From: Candidatus Altimarinota bacterium
GTDB taxonomy: Bacteria; Patescibacteriota; Gracilibacteria; UBA4473
DNA length: 64,000 nucleotides
Direction of reading: 5' to 3'
NCBI GenBank assembly: GCA_965231215.1
Contig: OZ246423.1
Location: 352,001 to 416,000, forward strand
Below, one piece after another: positions 52,193 through 62,721 of this stretch (its first letter is position 1; each line of letters opens with the position of its first letter). The notes below the pieces were generated by a model. That model had not been told where the DNA came from and did not search any database. It was given only the letters and a program-made list of their open reading frames with translations. The position numbers and the translations under genes are program-made.

Positions 52193-54544
52193 TTATTTCT
52201 TCTTAAACCGGCCTTTAGATTTAGCTGCTGGAGCCTCTTTAATAATCTTTTCAATTTCCTCTAAGGTAAGCTTTTCTGGTGCTTTGACCTCTTTTGGGAT
52301 TCGCACATTTTTCTTGCCGTGCTTGATATAAATTCCATACGGTCCTCGAAGGAGTTGGATCTCTTTTTCAGGCCACTCAGCAATATATTTATTTTTATCA
52401 GATTCACGTTTTTCTGAAACCAAAATAATCGCTCGTTCTAGGTCTATTGTAGAGGGATCATCTCCAGGAACTTCGTTTCCTTCTTCATCTATAGATTTTT
52501 TCTTGAGTGAAGCATTCGTCTTTCCACATTTAACATAAGGCCCAAATCTTCCAGTATTAACGAGCACTTCTTCCCCTTCAAATTCTCCCAAATTACGAGG
52601 GAATTCAAACATTTTAAGAGCTTCTTCTAGCGTTACTTCTTCTACGCCTTTTCCTTCAGGCAGCGAGGCAAATTGAGGCTTCTCTTCATCTTCAGAAGTT
52701 CCTATTTGCACCATAGGTCCAAATCGTCCAACTCGGGCGATTACGGGCTTTCCTGTTTTTGGATCTTTGCCGAGTTCTCTTTGGCTTGAGGCTTCTTCAC
52801 GTGAGATGCCTCCAGCGGCTTCAATGGTTTGATGAAATCCTCCGTAAAAATTTTTAATCATCGCATTCCATTTGTTTTTTCCTTCAGCAATACTATCAAA
52901 TTCTTCTTCTACCTTGGCAGTAAATTGATAATCCACAACTTCACTAAAATGTTTTACCAAAAAATCATTTACAACCTTTCCAATATCGGTTGGGAAAAGT
53001 TTATTTTTCTCAGCTCCAAAGTTTTCTTGGACGGCGTCTTCTTTGATTTCATTACTTGGCATGAGAACCGCTAAGCGCACATCTCGTTTTTCGGCCGGGC
53101 GTTCTTTTTTCTCAATGTAACCACGATCCTGGATGGTAGAAATAGTTGGCGCATAGGTTGATGGTCGTCCAATTCCCATTTCCTCTAACGCTTTTACCAA
53201 AGAGGCCTCTGTATAGCGTGGTTTTGGACGGGCAAAGTTTTCTTTGGCTATAATTTGTGTCATATCCAAATCTTGCCCTTCTTTGAGTGGCGGTAGCATT
53301 TTAGCTTCGTGTACCTCTTCTTCATTATCAGTCCCTTCAATGTAGACTTTCAAAAACCCATCAAAGGCAATCATTTCGCCTTGTGCTACAAATTTTTCAG
53401 AACTGGTTGAGGCCAAAACCGTCGCTACAGTTTTCTCTAATTTAGCATCGGTCATCTGTGAGGCGATGGTTCGTTTCCAGATTAGTTCATAGAGGCGTTC
53501 TTCGTTACGCTCTCCACTCACAGAATTCACCCCCAAATCTGTAGGGCGGACAGCTTCATGCGCTTCTTGAGCGCCACTAGATTTGGTCTTGTATTTACGA
53601 ACCTGTACATATTCTTTTCCAAAATTTTTCTCTATCTCACTGGCTGCTTGCGCTACCGCTTGATCTGATAAATTTACCGAATCAGTACGCATATAGGTGA
53701 TTTTCCCAGATTCGTACAATCGCTGCGCCACTACCATGGTTTGTTTTACCGAGAATCCTAATTTCCTTGAGGCTTCTTGTTGCAGTGTTGAGGTAGTAAA
53801 GGGCGCTGATGGAGATCTTTTCCCAGGTTTAGTATCTAAGCTTTCAACGCTAAAGTCAGCCCCCTTGAGAGAGGTCAAAAAGGCGAGTGCTTCTTCATAG
53901 GTTTTAAACTTCGTAGCGGCTTCGGCTTTTAATACTTTTTTGTTTTCCAGGTCAAATTCAGCGGTCACTTTAAAAGTAGAACTCGCGGCAAAATCACGAA
54001 TTTCTCTTTCTCTCTCTACAATAACACGAACGGCCACAGACTGGACTCTTCCGGCAGAAAGCCCCGCTTTGATCTTTTTCCAAAGCACAGGACTTAACTC
54101 ATACCCCACTAATCTATCCAGGACTCTTCGGGCTTGTTGAGCATCTACCAAATTTTGATCTACTACTCGTGGTTTTTCAATAGCGGCGGTTATAGCCGGT
54201 TTTGTAATTTCATGAAATACAATTCGTTTAGTGGTTTTACTATCCAGTCCCAAAGCCTGGGTTAGATGCCAGGCAATGGCCTCTCCTTCACGATCTTCAT
54301 CCGAGGCCAGCCAGACGGTCTTGCCTTTGGCTTCTTTTTTAAGTTCGTTGATAGTTTTCTTTTTGTCATCTGATACTTCATAGGTAGGCATAAAAGTCCC
54401 TCCCTCAATATCAATATTCATATTTTTTTTGGGGAGATCACGCACATGGCCAAAAGAGGACTTAACGGTATAATCTTTCCCTAAGAATTTTTCTATTGTT
54501 TTGGCTTTCGCCGGCGACTCCACAATGACTAAATTTTTCGACAT
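52193..54544 (-). CDS. topA: DNA topoisomerase I
   Basis: IVESPAKAK, DEDREGEAI, SAGRVQS, ITYMRTDS, GIGRPSTYA; C-terminal GRFGP repeats. Confidence 0.98.
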   Translation of the reverse strand: MSKNLVIVESPAKAKTIEKFLGKDYTVKSSFGHVRDLPKKNMNIDIEGGTFMPTYEVSDDKKKTINELKKEAKGKTVWLASDEDREGEAIAWHLTQALGLDSKTTKRIVFHEITKPAITAAIEKPRVVDQNLVDAQQARRVLDRLVGYELSPVLWKKIKAGLSAGRVQSVAVRVIVEREREIRDFAASSTFKVTAEFDLENKKVLKAEAATKFKTYEEALAFLTSLKGADFSVESLDTKPGKRSPSAPFTTSTLQQEASRKLGFSVKQTMVVAQRLYESGKITYMRTDSVNLSDQAVAQAASEIEKNFGKEYVQVRKYKTKSSGAQEAHEAVRPTDLGVNSVSGERNEERLYELIWKRTIASQMTDAKLEKTVATVLASTSSEKFVAQGEMIAFDGFLKVYIEGTDNEEEVHEAKMLPPLKEGQDLDMTQIIAKENFARPKPRYTEASLVKALEEMGIGRPSTYAPTISTIQDRGYIEKKERPAEKRDVRLAVLMPSNEIKEDAVQENFGAEKNKLFPTDIGKVVNDFLVKHFSEVVDYQFTAKVEEEFDSIAEGKNKWNAMIKNFYGGFHQTIEAAGGISREEASSQRELGKDPKTGKPVIARVGRFGPMVQIGTSEDEEKPQFASLPEGKGVEEVTLEEALKMFEFPRNLGEFEGEEVLVNTGRFGPYVKCGKTNASLKKKSIDEEGNEVPGDDPSTIDLERAIILVSEKRESDKNKYIAEWPEKEIQLLRGPYGIYIKHGKKNVRIPKEVKAPEKLTLEEIEKIIKEAPAAKSKGRFKKK

Positions 54545-54737
54545 ATAAACGAAGGATGAATTCTCGGACTAAAAATTTTCTATGAAATTTTTTCTTGAAA
54601 AGGGTACGAAACTTTTAGTTCATTGTCGAGAAATTTCAAATTATAACGTTTTTCTATTTTAAAATTTTTACTTATTAAAATGTTTGCAAAAAAACGTCAA
54701 TCACTTATAAAAATAATAACATTATAAAATAAATTAT

Positions 54738-55889
54738 ATGCGACTCCTTACGGAAGCCACCCTTCATCACAATGAACCTGCTAACTATGATGACCTTCTT
54801 TCTGAATTGGGTTTTGAAGTTGATAAAAACAGAGACTTACTCGCTTCAGACATGGATGGGACGATGTTCAAAGAAGATCTAGGAGTTTTAGTCTTTGTTC
54901 AGAAACTACAAGATCCAACGTTCTGGACGTATGCCCCTGAAAGGTTTGAAAGATTGCTGCTTCCAGCTCACTACCAAAAAATCTTAAAAGAAGGCGTCTC
55001 AGAGATTCCAGTGAAGGACACTGAAAAAATATTCCGACTCACTGAGGAAATTTCCCGTCTTTATGCTCAAATGAAAGTACGGATTAAGGATGGAGTTCAG
55101 TTTACGCCTGAAGAAGCGATTTTAAGTGAATTCATTCTTCGTATGCTGGCCTTTGACGATCTACTCATGACCTACGACAAATACCTCATGCCTCTTTCTG
55201 GAGATATGTTTCTTTCCCGAACTCGTTTTTTTTCGGGTAAAAATGTTTCGGATGTCGAGCGACTTGCTGCCTCAATTACCACCAACAGTAATGGACAAAT
55301 ATTAAATATTGAAGGGATTGAAAAAAACTGGGAAGATCTTGAACTTTCTGAACTATCGGATGATGAAAAAAGCCGAGTCATTCAGCTTTCAACAACTATA
55401 CGAGAAGATGTTTTTTCTATTATTTCAAGACTCATTAGTGAAAAGAAATTCATTCATAGAAATGTAGTAACCGCCAACCTCCTTGCTATTGCTAAGACAG
55501 CGGTTCGAAATAGTCAATATAGATCTCTCTTTAGCCATGATGGAGCGGTTCTCGCTAGCAAGCTCGCCAAAAATGGAGATAAAACCCTTGGTCCCAAAAT
55601 GAAAGAACCCCCTATCTATGGAGGCAAAAAAATTGAAGCCATCAAAAAACATAAGCCAAACGCACGACTTCGGGTAGCTCTTGGAGACACCCGAGGGGAT
55701 ATTCCCATGATTGCAAAATCACTGGAAAATGGAGGCTTAGGATTTTTTATTGCTGATGCTAAAGACCCGCAAAAAGCGGCCCATTATGTAAAATCTTCTA
55801 TTCAAACAACTCTGAATATAGAAAATCTATCAGAAAAACTGGGAGCTGATTGGGAACAAAGAATGATTTATGTTTTGCAGGAGGACTAG
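54738..55889 (+). CDS. HAD superfamily hydrolase
   Basis: Motif I DMDGT, VTAN, K, motif IV GDTRGD. Confidence 0.78.
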   Translation: MRLLTEATLHHNEPANYDDLLSELGFEVDKNRDLLASDMDGTMFKEDLGVLVFVQKLQDPTFWTYAPERFERLLLPAHYQKILKEGVSEIPVKDTEKIFRLTEEISRLYAQMKVRIKDGVQFTPEEAILSEFILRMLAFDDLLMTYDKYLMPLSGDMFLSRTRFFSGKNVSDVERLAASITTNSNGQILNIEGIEKNWEDLELSELSDDEKSRVIQLSTTIREDVFSIISRLISEKKFIHRNVVTANLLAIAKTAVRNSQYRSLFSHDGAVLASKLAKNGDKTLGPKMKEPPIYGGKKIEAIKKHKPNARLRVALGDTRGDIPMIAKSLENGGLGFFIADAKDPQKAAHYVKSSIQTTLNIENLSEKLGADWEQRMIYVLQED

Positions 55890-55955
55890 TTTCTGTTTTA
55901 GAATTTTTAGATGTCTCCTAAAAAAATTTAAAATAAGCGAGAAAATACGGAAGTT

Positions 55956-56237
55956 ATGAAAATCGTTGGCAACGATATTGTTTATGATCTAAGTCACTCT
56001 ATTAATTCTCCCTGGAAAATAAAAGATTACAGTGCTGGTGAAAAACTGGATGACTATACGCTAAAGATAAATTTGTTGAAAGAAGAAGATACGTCAATGA
56101 CCATTACCCTTGAAGGGGCCGCCAAGGCTATAAAACCGTCCAAAGAATTACCTATGAAATGGAAAATGAGGGTTCTTAATTATATTAAAAAAATAAAGAT
56201 TGAAGGGTATAAAATCACCGCCGGCAAAGATTTTTAA
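55956..56237 (+). CDS. Hypothetical protein
   Basis: 93-aa ATG ORF filling an intergenic gap. Confidence 0.55.
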   Translation: MKIVGNDIVYDLSHSINSPWKIKDYSAGEKLDDYTLKINLLKEEDTSMTITLEGAAKAIKPSKELPMKWKMRVLNYIKKIKIEGYKITAGKDF

Positions 56238-56249
56238 AACCGTTAGAGG

Positions 56250-57038
56250 CTAAAACTCCAACATCACCGGACAATGATCTGATCCCATCTGTTCCGTGAG
56301 GTATTGCATATTTTTGACCTGTGGAAAAAAGGATTTGTCCACAAAAAAGTAGTCAATTCTCCATCCTACATTCCGGCTACGAGCTCGGGTAATCAGATGC
56401 CACCAAGAGTACACCTCTTTAACATCAGGATTAGTTTTACGCCATACGTCGATCCAGCCGGCCTGAAGCCATTTATCGAGCCACGCTCTCTCCTCTGGAT
56501 GGAATCCAATAACTCCATCGTTTTCCTCAGGACGTGCTAGGTCTATAGGGTTGTGAGCACAGTTTACATCCCCAGCCCAAATACAGATTCGCCCCTCATC
56601 ACGAATATGATTTACATACTCTAAAAATTTTTTATAAAACACCAATTTTTGCTCCCAGGCCTCGGATGACTTCCCCCCATTTGGGAAATAAATGCCCAAT
56701 ACGCAATAGGCTTCCCCCTTCATATCAAAATCTACCCGAGCCACTCGCCCCTCATTAGAAACAGGATCATTGGGCATACCTTCTATAAATTTTATGTTTG
56801 AAATATTGAGATTACTCTTCACCCAAATAGCCGTTCCTGAATACCCTGGTTTTTCGGCCGATACATAAAACTTTTGATAATTTTCATAAATATTATCCAA
56901 AAATTCTACCTGTTCTGATTTAGATTTAGTTTCCTGAATCAGTAAAATATCTGGACTGTGATCATTGAGAAACGGCTCCAGAAATGCCTTTCTTTCTACA
57001 GCTCTCAATCCATTTACATTCCACGAAATAATCTTCAT
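56250..57038 (-). CDS. xth: Exodeoxyribonuclease III
   Basis: SWNVNGLRA, QETK, GYSGTA, YFPNG, GDVN, GWRIDYF, GSDHCP. Confidence 0.96.
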   Translation of the reverse strand: MKIISWNVNGLRAVERKAFLEPFLNDHSPDILLIQETKSKSEQVEFLDNIYENYQKFYVSAEKPGYSGTAIWVKSNLNISNIKFIEGMPNDPVSNEGRVARVDFDMKGEAYCVLGIYFPNGGKSSEAWEQKLVFYKKFLEYVNHIRDEGRICIWAGDVNCAHNPIDLARPEENDGVIGFHPEERAWLDKWLQAGWIDVWRKTNPDVKEVYSWWHLITRARSRNVGWRIDYFFVDKSFFPQVKNMQYLTEQMGSDHCPVMLEF

Positions 57039-57482
57039 CTATTTCACACCAATAATTCGAGAAGTACACACTAGCACCCGGGCTGAATACACATTCACCA
57101 AATGCAATGGGTGCTCTGTTTTAATCGTGCGAAGGTGGTCAAAATTTCGTTTGTGATACGGCCGTCCATATCTGAGCAAACACCACAAAACATAAGCAAT
57201 CACATCCACAAAAAAGTGAATAATTCCGAGGAAATAACCACTATTAAAATTTCCAAACTCGCAATGCAGTTCTACAAATTCATCAAATTTAACCGCATGC
57301 CAATGAAAAAACCTATGAATGCTTCGCCAATTTTCTTGTTTGTAAAAAAGTGTCTTTGTGGGTTTGAAGAATTTTTTAATCTTCTCAAAATCTTTGAGCG
57401 AAATTACCACATGAGTTTTCCAATCAAAATAAGTATGCAACTTATGTTGATCTAAAAACATCCACATTTCCCTAAAACTCAT
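57039..57482 (-). CDS. Hypothetical protein
   Basis: 147-aa ORF in the minus-strand run between the hydrolase and xth. Confidence 0.55.
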   Translation of the reverse strand: MSFREMWMFLDQHKLHTYFDWKTHVVISLKDFEKIKKFFKPTKTLFYKQENWRSIHRFFHWHAVKFDEFVELHCEFGNFNSGYFLGIIHFFVDVIAYVLWCLLRYGRPYHKRNFDHLRTIKTEHPLHLVNVYSARVLVCTSRIIGVK

Positions 57483-57490
57483 TGTCTTGA

Positions 57491-58072
57491 TTATACCTGC
57501 ATTCCACGAATATTGGAGATTAATTCTGGAAATTTATCCTGGAGGAAATGATTTCGGTCTTCAAAGGTCATTGTTTGAGCTGACTTTAAGGCTTTTTGGT
57601 AACACTCTAACTCCTGATAGGGCACGACAAAGTCATCTTTAGAGTGATAGAGATAAATATTGTCGGTCTTAGTTTCTACTGGTGCTAAAGTCCCCTGAAA
57701 ATCAAATCCTCCAGGAGCGCCAAAAGGAGCCGCTACTAAATGCAGTGAAACCACCTCCAAATCTACATCATTTTTGGCCAAATATTTGGCCAAAAAATTT
57801 GCCCCTAAACTCCACCCCAAAAGCACCGCTTCCCCACTTATATTATCCATTTGTGACTGAAAATATTTTTCCCATAAGACATATTTAGCATCATATTTCC
57901 AAGGCATCTGCATTTTTATTACTTCAAATTCAGGCAAATCTTCTGCCAGATTATCAGCCCATTTTTTGGGTTTAGTCTTAAACGGTTTTTCAAGATAGGC
58001 TAAAGCTGTAGATCGCCACCCTTCAAACAGGGTATCAAAACATTCGCCACCATGAACATAAATCAGTTTCAT
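57491..58072 (-). CDS. Alpha/beta hydrolase, RBBP9/YdeN-like
   Basis: VHGG, GWSLG, HSKDDFVVP, HF. Confidence 0.88.
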   Translation of the reverse strand: MKLIYVHGGECFDTLFEGWRSTALAYLEKPFKTKPKKWADNLAEDLPEFEVIKMQMPWKYDAKYVLWEKYFQSQMDNISGEAVLLGWSLGANFLAKYLAKNDVDLEVVSLHLVAAPFGAPGGFDFQGTLAPVETKTDNIYLYHSKDDFVVPYQELECYQKALKSAQTMTFEDRNHFLQDKFPELISNIRGMQV

Positions 58073-58075
58073 TCC

Positions 58076-59140
58076 TTAGCGGTTACGAATCTCTGCAACA
58101 TAGTGTTCTAAGATTTCACAAAAATCTGAAATATCTTGATCGGTCAAAAATTTGTGCAGACTCATCCGAATCGGATACTGCCAAACTGGATCTTTTTCTA
58201 TATATGATATCACCTCTGTTGGTACCATAATATCAGAAGTACAGGCCGAACCTATAGAGATACAGATATCTTCTTCTTTAGCCAGCAACGCCATAAGCTC
58301 GCCCCCTCGAACCTCTTTAAAAGCTACATTAATAAGCCCTCGAACCTTAGTAGCTTCTGACTCATGGAATTTAAATCCAGGAATATGCTGTGCGATATAT
58401 TGCCGGATCTGATCATCCCAAGTGGCGAGCTTTTCTAGATGTTGTTCTTTTTCTTCGTGCCAGATTTCAAAGGCTTTAGCCGCCCCGGCCACTAAACTGC
58501 AAGATTTAGTATGACTGTCTTTTGAAATTTCTGGAAACAACTCCGGAGACTTCATATACAAAATTCCAATATGTTTGGGTCCGTAAAATTTTTGAGGCGT
58601 AAAAACTCCAAAATCTGCACTTTCTAAATCCGGTTCAAGGCCTTTGGCAAAACTCTGTGAGTAGTCGCGCAAAATCAAGCTCTCTGGAAATTTGGATCGA
58701 ATATCACTTCCTGAATAAACTCGACCCGTTTCAGAATTCGCTCCCATAAGGGCGGCTAATTTACTACTCCCCGGCAGGCCTTGAAGCGTTACTGGATCAA
58801 ACCGATGTGTTGGCAAAATTTCATCTAAAATCGAACTATGTTCCACTGCACTGCAATACAAATTTTCGATTCCAAAGTGTTTTCGACAAGCCCAAAGCAC
58901 TCGACGATTAGCATCTGTACCAGAATAAGTCACACTCAGCTGCTCCCAGTTACATCCTAAAACATCCGCTATAATTTTGAGAGAAGTATCAATCACTTTC
59001 TGAGCCTCATAGCCGCGACCGTGTTTTGAGTTATTGTTCCCAAAAATAGCCGCATGGGCTTCCATGGTTGATTGCACTCGCGGATCAACAGGGGTGCTTG
59101 CCGCCGAATCAAAATACGTTCCATATTTCATCAACTTCAA
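58076..59140 (-). CDS. Class V aminotransferase / cysteine desulfurase-like (compact IscS/NifS)
   Basis: YFDSAASTP, SGTDAN, NSETG, PLP-Lys QKFYGPK, catalytic GSAC. Confidence 0.85.
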   Translation of the reverse strand: MKLMKYGTYFDSAASTPVDPRVQSTMEAHAAIFGNNNSKHGRGYEAQKVIDTSLKIIADVLGCNWEQLSVTYSGTDANRRVLWACRKHFGIENLYCSAVEHSSILDEILPTHRFDPVTLQGLPGSSKLAALMGANSETGRVYSGSDIRSKFPESLILRDYSQSFAKGLEPDLESADFGVFTPQKFYGPKHIGILYMKSPELFPEISKDSHTKSCSLVAGAAKAFEIWHEEKEQHLEKLATWDDQIRQYIAQHIPGFKFHESEATKVRGLINVAFKEVRGGELMALLAKEEDICISIGSACTSDIMVPTEVISYIEKDPVWQYPIRMSLHKFLTDQDISDFCEILEHYVAEIRNR

Positions 59141-59159
59141 AGATAGGGAAGGTCAGAAA

Positions 59160-59789
59160 TTATTTCAATTTTTTTGCTAAGGCAATATAGTTACGCGTTC
59201 CAAACTTTTCAGATTTTATGACTTCAAATCCAGCGGATTTCAGCATTTTGCTCAAATCTTTTTCCGTCACATTTCGGTAGGTTCGAGGATGTTTCTCCGG
59301 TCCAAAAGGAATGATCCAATTTTTGGTAAAAACCCGTCCCTGCCAGAAGTTTTTCCAGAAGTATTTGGGAGGCAATACCCACGTAGTAATAAAGACCCTT
59401 CCTCCTGGTTTTAGGACTCTATAGGTTTCTTTAAAAAATGTTTGTTGTTCTTTTTTCGTCAGTAAATGATGAAATGCCGCAATAGAGAAAACCCAATCAA
59501 AATTATCCGCTCCAAAAGGAAGTCCTTTACCAAAATGACCTTTAAAAAAAGCCTCTTTAGGAAAAGTTTTTCGAGCAATCCCCAAAAGTTTTTCCGATAT
59601 ATCAAACCCAAAATAAGCTCCACGCTGAACTAAATCTTCAGGCAAAAATTTGCGCAACCTCCCGTTACCACAGCCCAAATCTAAAACCCGATCGCCTTTT
59701 TGTATTTGGGGTAAAAATAGTTCAAATTCTGGCCAAGATTTTTGACGCGTTTTGTTCCAGTCTTCTGAAAATTGGTCGTATTCTGACAT
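59160..59789 (-). CDS. Class I SAM-dependent methyltransferase (Trm9/ALKBH8-like motifs)
   Basis: TRQKSWPE, LDLGCGNGR, IAAFHHL, VLKPGG; start ATG 59789. Confidence 0.88.
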   Translation of the reverse strand: MSEYDQFSEDWNKTRQKSWPEFELFLPQIQKGDRVLDLGCGNGRLRKFLPEDLVQRGAYFGFDISEKLLGIARKTFPKEAFFKGHFGKGLPFGADNFDWVFSIAAFHHLLTKKEQQTFFKETYRVLKPGGRVFITTWVLPPKYFWKNFWQGRVFTKNWIIPFGPEKHPRTYRNVTEKDLSKMLKSAGFEVIKSEKFGTRNYIALAKKLK

Positions 59790-59790
59790 A

Positions 59791-61872
59791 TTATTTATGT
59801 AGTTTTTGAGATCGCTCTTGAATCTCACCTTCCAGGTTCTCATAAATTTTTTCAGAAATAAAGCCTTTCTCAAAAAACTTCTTCTCAATGTATTTCATTT
59901 GTTCAAGGCAGGCTTTTTCTGTCACATAGGTTCTATGAGGAATAACAATTTGGGGATATTCTTTTTCTAGCATCTGCATTTTGAATTCAGCATTCTCGTT
60001 CCATTTTTTGTAACGATCAATAATTTTTTGGACTACTGGCGATTTTTTAAAAACAGGATGATCTTCTACCAAAGATTCAAAATTTTTAACCACCTTCCAG
60101 CTAGCAATTCTTCTCGCTCGGTAGTGCTGGAGTCTAGAAATAATCTTTTGATGCTTATGCGATTTACACACCTTCTTTGCCCAAGATTTTAAGCCTAAAA
60201 ATTTGTAAATTCTTGAGACTGAACATTCTTCCGAAACCTCTGGGGCATACTTATGACTTGGTTGTCTTTCATCTGGCAAAGTATCGCGCTCAAGCCTATC
60301 TATCTGTCGGTTAATACTCTCTCTCAAAACCACAAAGCGTTCTTCTGTGATTTCTTCTTGAGCAAAGAGTTTTCTATAGGTCTGCAGCTCAATACCAAGG
60401 GCAAAATGGGTAAACATTTTTTCAAGTTCGCGGGCATTGTTTCCTAAACGTTTTTCTAGACCTTTAAGTTTCTTAATAACCTGCTCATGCTCGGCCATAT
60501 ACTGATGTTTTAGTTTCTTATGAATAGTTTTAGATACATATTTACGCTTAAGCAAGGAGTCTAAATAGTGGCAAACCTCTTCATTGATAACCAGCTCCGC
60601 TTCGGTTTGATGGAACTCTTCTTTTCGGCTAAGTTTGTTTACTTTTAAATACTTCAAAAGCAGTGGCAGCGTCATCGCATTAAGGAAAAATGTAGCGATA
60701 ATAACTCCCGCCGTCATAGCCTGAAGCACCTCGGCGTATTCAAAGCTCTCTGGCAAAAGCAAAACCGCTGCCGCCGCTAAAGCTCCACGAATACCTGCCC
60801 AAATCAGAATGAGTTGCGCATCCACCCCCGTTCGCTGTGGTTTTGCCACAAAGCGATTATTAACCAAAAAAGAAACACAAACCGATAACGGACGAGCCAA
60901 GAAAACCGTTAAAGCTATAGCCAAAACTATAGGCACTAAATTTTCTATAAACCCAATACTTCCGAGTTTTAGACCCAGCAGCATAAATACTAAGGCATTA
61001 GAAACAAACCCTAGAAAAGCCCAAATCTCTTTAAAAGATCTCAGTGATTCTGGTTTGAGTTTTCTTTTTCCAAAATTTCCCACCAAAAGTCCCGCTGTGA
61101 GCGTCGCTAAAATTCCAGAAACAGAAAGTAATCCTTCTGCTACCAAAAAAGTCATATGCGCCAAAACTAAACTCAGAGTTAACTGCACTCCTTTATTTTG
61201 AGAGTGGGCAATAGCATAAGAGAACACTCCTCCCATAAGGGCGCCCACTAGAATTCCTAAACACACAGACTGAATAAGTTTCAAACTCTCAATCGCTACC
61301 AATGTTGGTGAAAATGTCACTAACCCTCCGACCACGGCAAGCCCAAAAAAGTATTGAAATATAACCAGCGCAGTTCCATCGTTAATCAAGCTCTCTCCAT
61401 CCACCATGGTATTGAGCTTTCTCGGCACCTTCATTTCTTTAAAGATCGCTAATACCGCTACCGGATCTGTAGCTGAAATAAGCGACCCAAACAATAAACT
61501 CACCACCCAAGGCAAACCCAAGGCATAGTGAAGCCCGGCTCCAATAATCCAAATAGAGATACAGAGCCCCAAAGTAGCCATAATACTCACCTCACGAAGT
61601 ACCCCTCTAAAATGCCTAAAGTCCAAGTGATACGCCGATTCAAAAATAAGAGTGGGTAAAAATACGTAAAAAATAATTTCTGGCGAAAACGCTATATACT
61701 CAAACCAAGGCCAGTCAAATTTCTCCACAATGAGTGAAAGTCCTAGCCCAGAAAAAAGCAATCCCACCGCAAATGGCACCTTAAATCTTTTACACAAAGC
61801 ATGGATAATGGTTGCCAAAGTCAGCAAACAAAAAACTCCCAGCGCCGCATACAAGAAATGATGGTTTTCCAT
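59791..61872 (-). CDS. CPA1-family Na+/H+ antiporter with long cytoplasmic tail
   Basis: FLPTLIFESA, SATDPVAV, GESLINDG, GIRGAL. Confidence 0.93.
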   Translation of the reverse strand: MENHHFLYAALGVFCLLTLATIIHALCKRFKVPFAVGLLFSGLGLSLIVEKFDWPWFEYIAFSPEIIFYVFLPTLIFESAYHLDFRHFRGVLREVSIMATLGLCISIWIIGAGLHYALGLPWVVSLLFGSLISATDPVAVLAIFKEMKVPRKLNTMVDGESLINDGTALVIFQYFFGLAVVGGLVTFSPTLVAIESLKLIQSVCLGILVGALMGGVFSYAIAHSQNKGVQLTLSLVLAHMTFLVAEGLLSVSGILATLTAGLLVGNFGKRKLKPESLRSFKEIWAFLGFVSNALVFMLLGLKLGSIGFIENLVPIVLAIALTVFLARPLSVCVSFLVNNRFVAKPQRTGVDAQLILIWAGIRGALAAAAVLLLPESFEYAEVLQAMTAGVIIATFFLNAMTLPLLLKYLKVNKLSRKEEFHQTEAELVINEEVCHYLDSLLKRKYVSKTIHKKLKHQYMAEHEQVIKKLKGLEKRLGNNARELEKMFTHFALGIELQTYRKLFAQEEITEERFVVLRESINRQIDRLERDTLPDERQPSHKYAPEVSEECSVSRIYKFLGLKSWAKKVCKSHKHQKIISRLQHYRARRIASWKVVKNFESLVEDHPVFKKSPVVQKIIDRYKKWNENAEFKMQMLEKEYPQIVIPHRTYVTEKACLEQMKYIEKKFFEKGFISEKIYENLEGEIQERSQKLHK

Positions 61873-61974
61873 TTCTATTAACGTTAATGCTCAGGTTTTA
61901 GTGATTAAAAGGCATTTGGCAAATTATTTTAGAGTCATTCTAGTGGGCCCAAAATTTGAAGTGTTTCAGCCTCT

Positions 61975-62721
61975 CTAAGCAAAAATTTCAAGACCCGTTT
62001 TGGTTACCACTCCACAGTGTTCCCACTGACAGGCGTCTTTTCCGTCCGCCGTAACCTCGGTCCATCCATCAGAAAGCGTTCTGCTTTTAGGGTTTCCCAG
62101 GGCCACAATAGGTTCTATACAAATAGTCTGTCCTTCTATAAGCGTGGCTCCAGTTCCTGGGGAACCGTAGTTAAGCACGTAGGGATCTTCATGCATGGCA
62201 TAGCCAACTCCATGCCCAGTAAATTCTTTGATGATAGTATATCCACCTTCGTTCACCGTTTTTTCAATAATATACCCAATATCTCCTAACGTGTTCCCCG
62301 CTACAGCCGCTTCACATCCAGCATCCAGGGCTTTTTTTACAGTCTGGCTAAACCGAGCTCTTTCCGGGTTGGCGGCATCTCCACCTACAATAACCGTAAA
62401 CGCTGCATCAGTAATAAGCCCTTCAAAAATCACTCCACAGTCTACAGAAATCAAGTCTCCATCTTTGAGCGTTCTATTGTCTGGAATTCCATGAACAATC
62501 TCTGAATTAATCATCGTACACAGGGTTCCTGGAAACCCTTTGTATCCCTTAAAAGCCGGAACACCACCATGATTCCTAATAACTGTTTCGGCTATAACAT
62601 CCAGATCTAAAAGAGTTACCCCTTCTTTTATTCCTTCTTTCACAGCTATTTGAGCGGCCTGTAAAATTTTTCCACCACGACGCATAATTGCCAATTCTTG
62701 ATCCGTTTTAGGTTTAAACAT
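61975..62721 (-). CDS. map: Methionine aminopeptidase type I
   Basis: HGIP, SVDCG, TDAA, GHGVG..MHEDP, IEP, EH; start ATG 62721 overlaps the adk stop (TAATG). Confidence 0.95.
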   Translation of the reverse strand: MFKPKTDQELAIMRRGGKILQAAQIAVKEGIKEGVTLLDLDVIAETVIRNHGGVPAFKGYKGFPGTLCTMINSEIVHGIPDNRTLKDGDLISVDCGVIFEGLITDAAFTVIVGGDAANPERARFSQTVKKALDAGCEAAVAGNTLGDIGYIIEKTVNEGGYTIIKEFTGHGVGYAMHEDPYVLNYGSPGTGATLIEGQTICIEPIVALGNPKSRTLSDGWTEVTADGKDACQWEHCGVVTKTGLEIFA

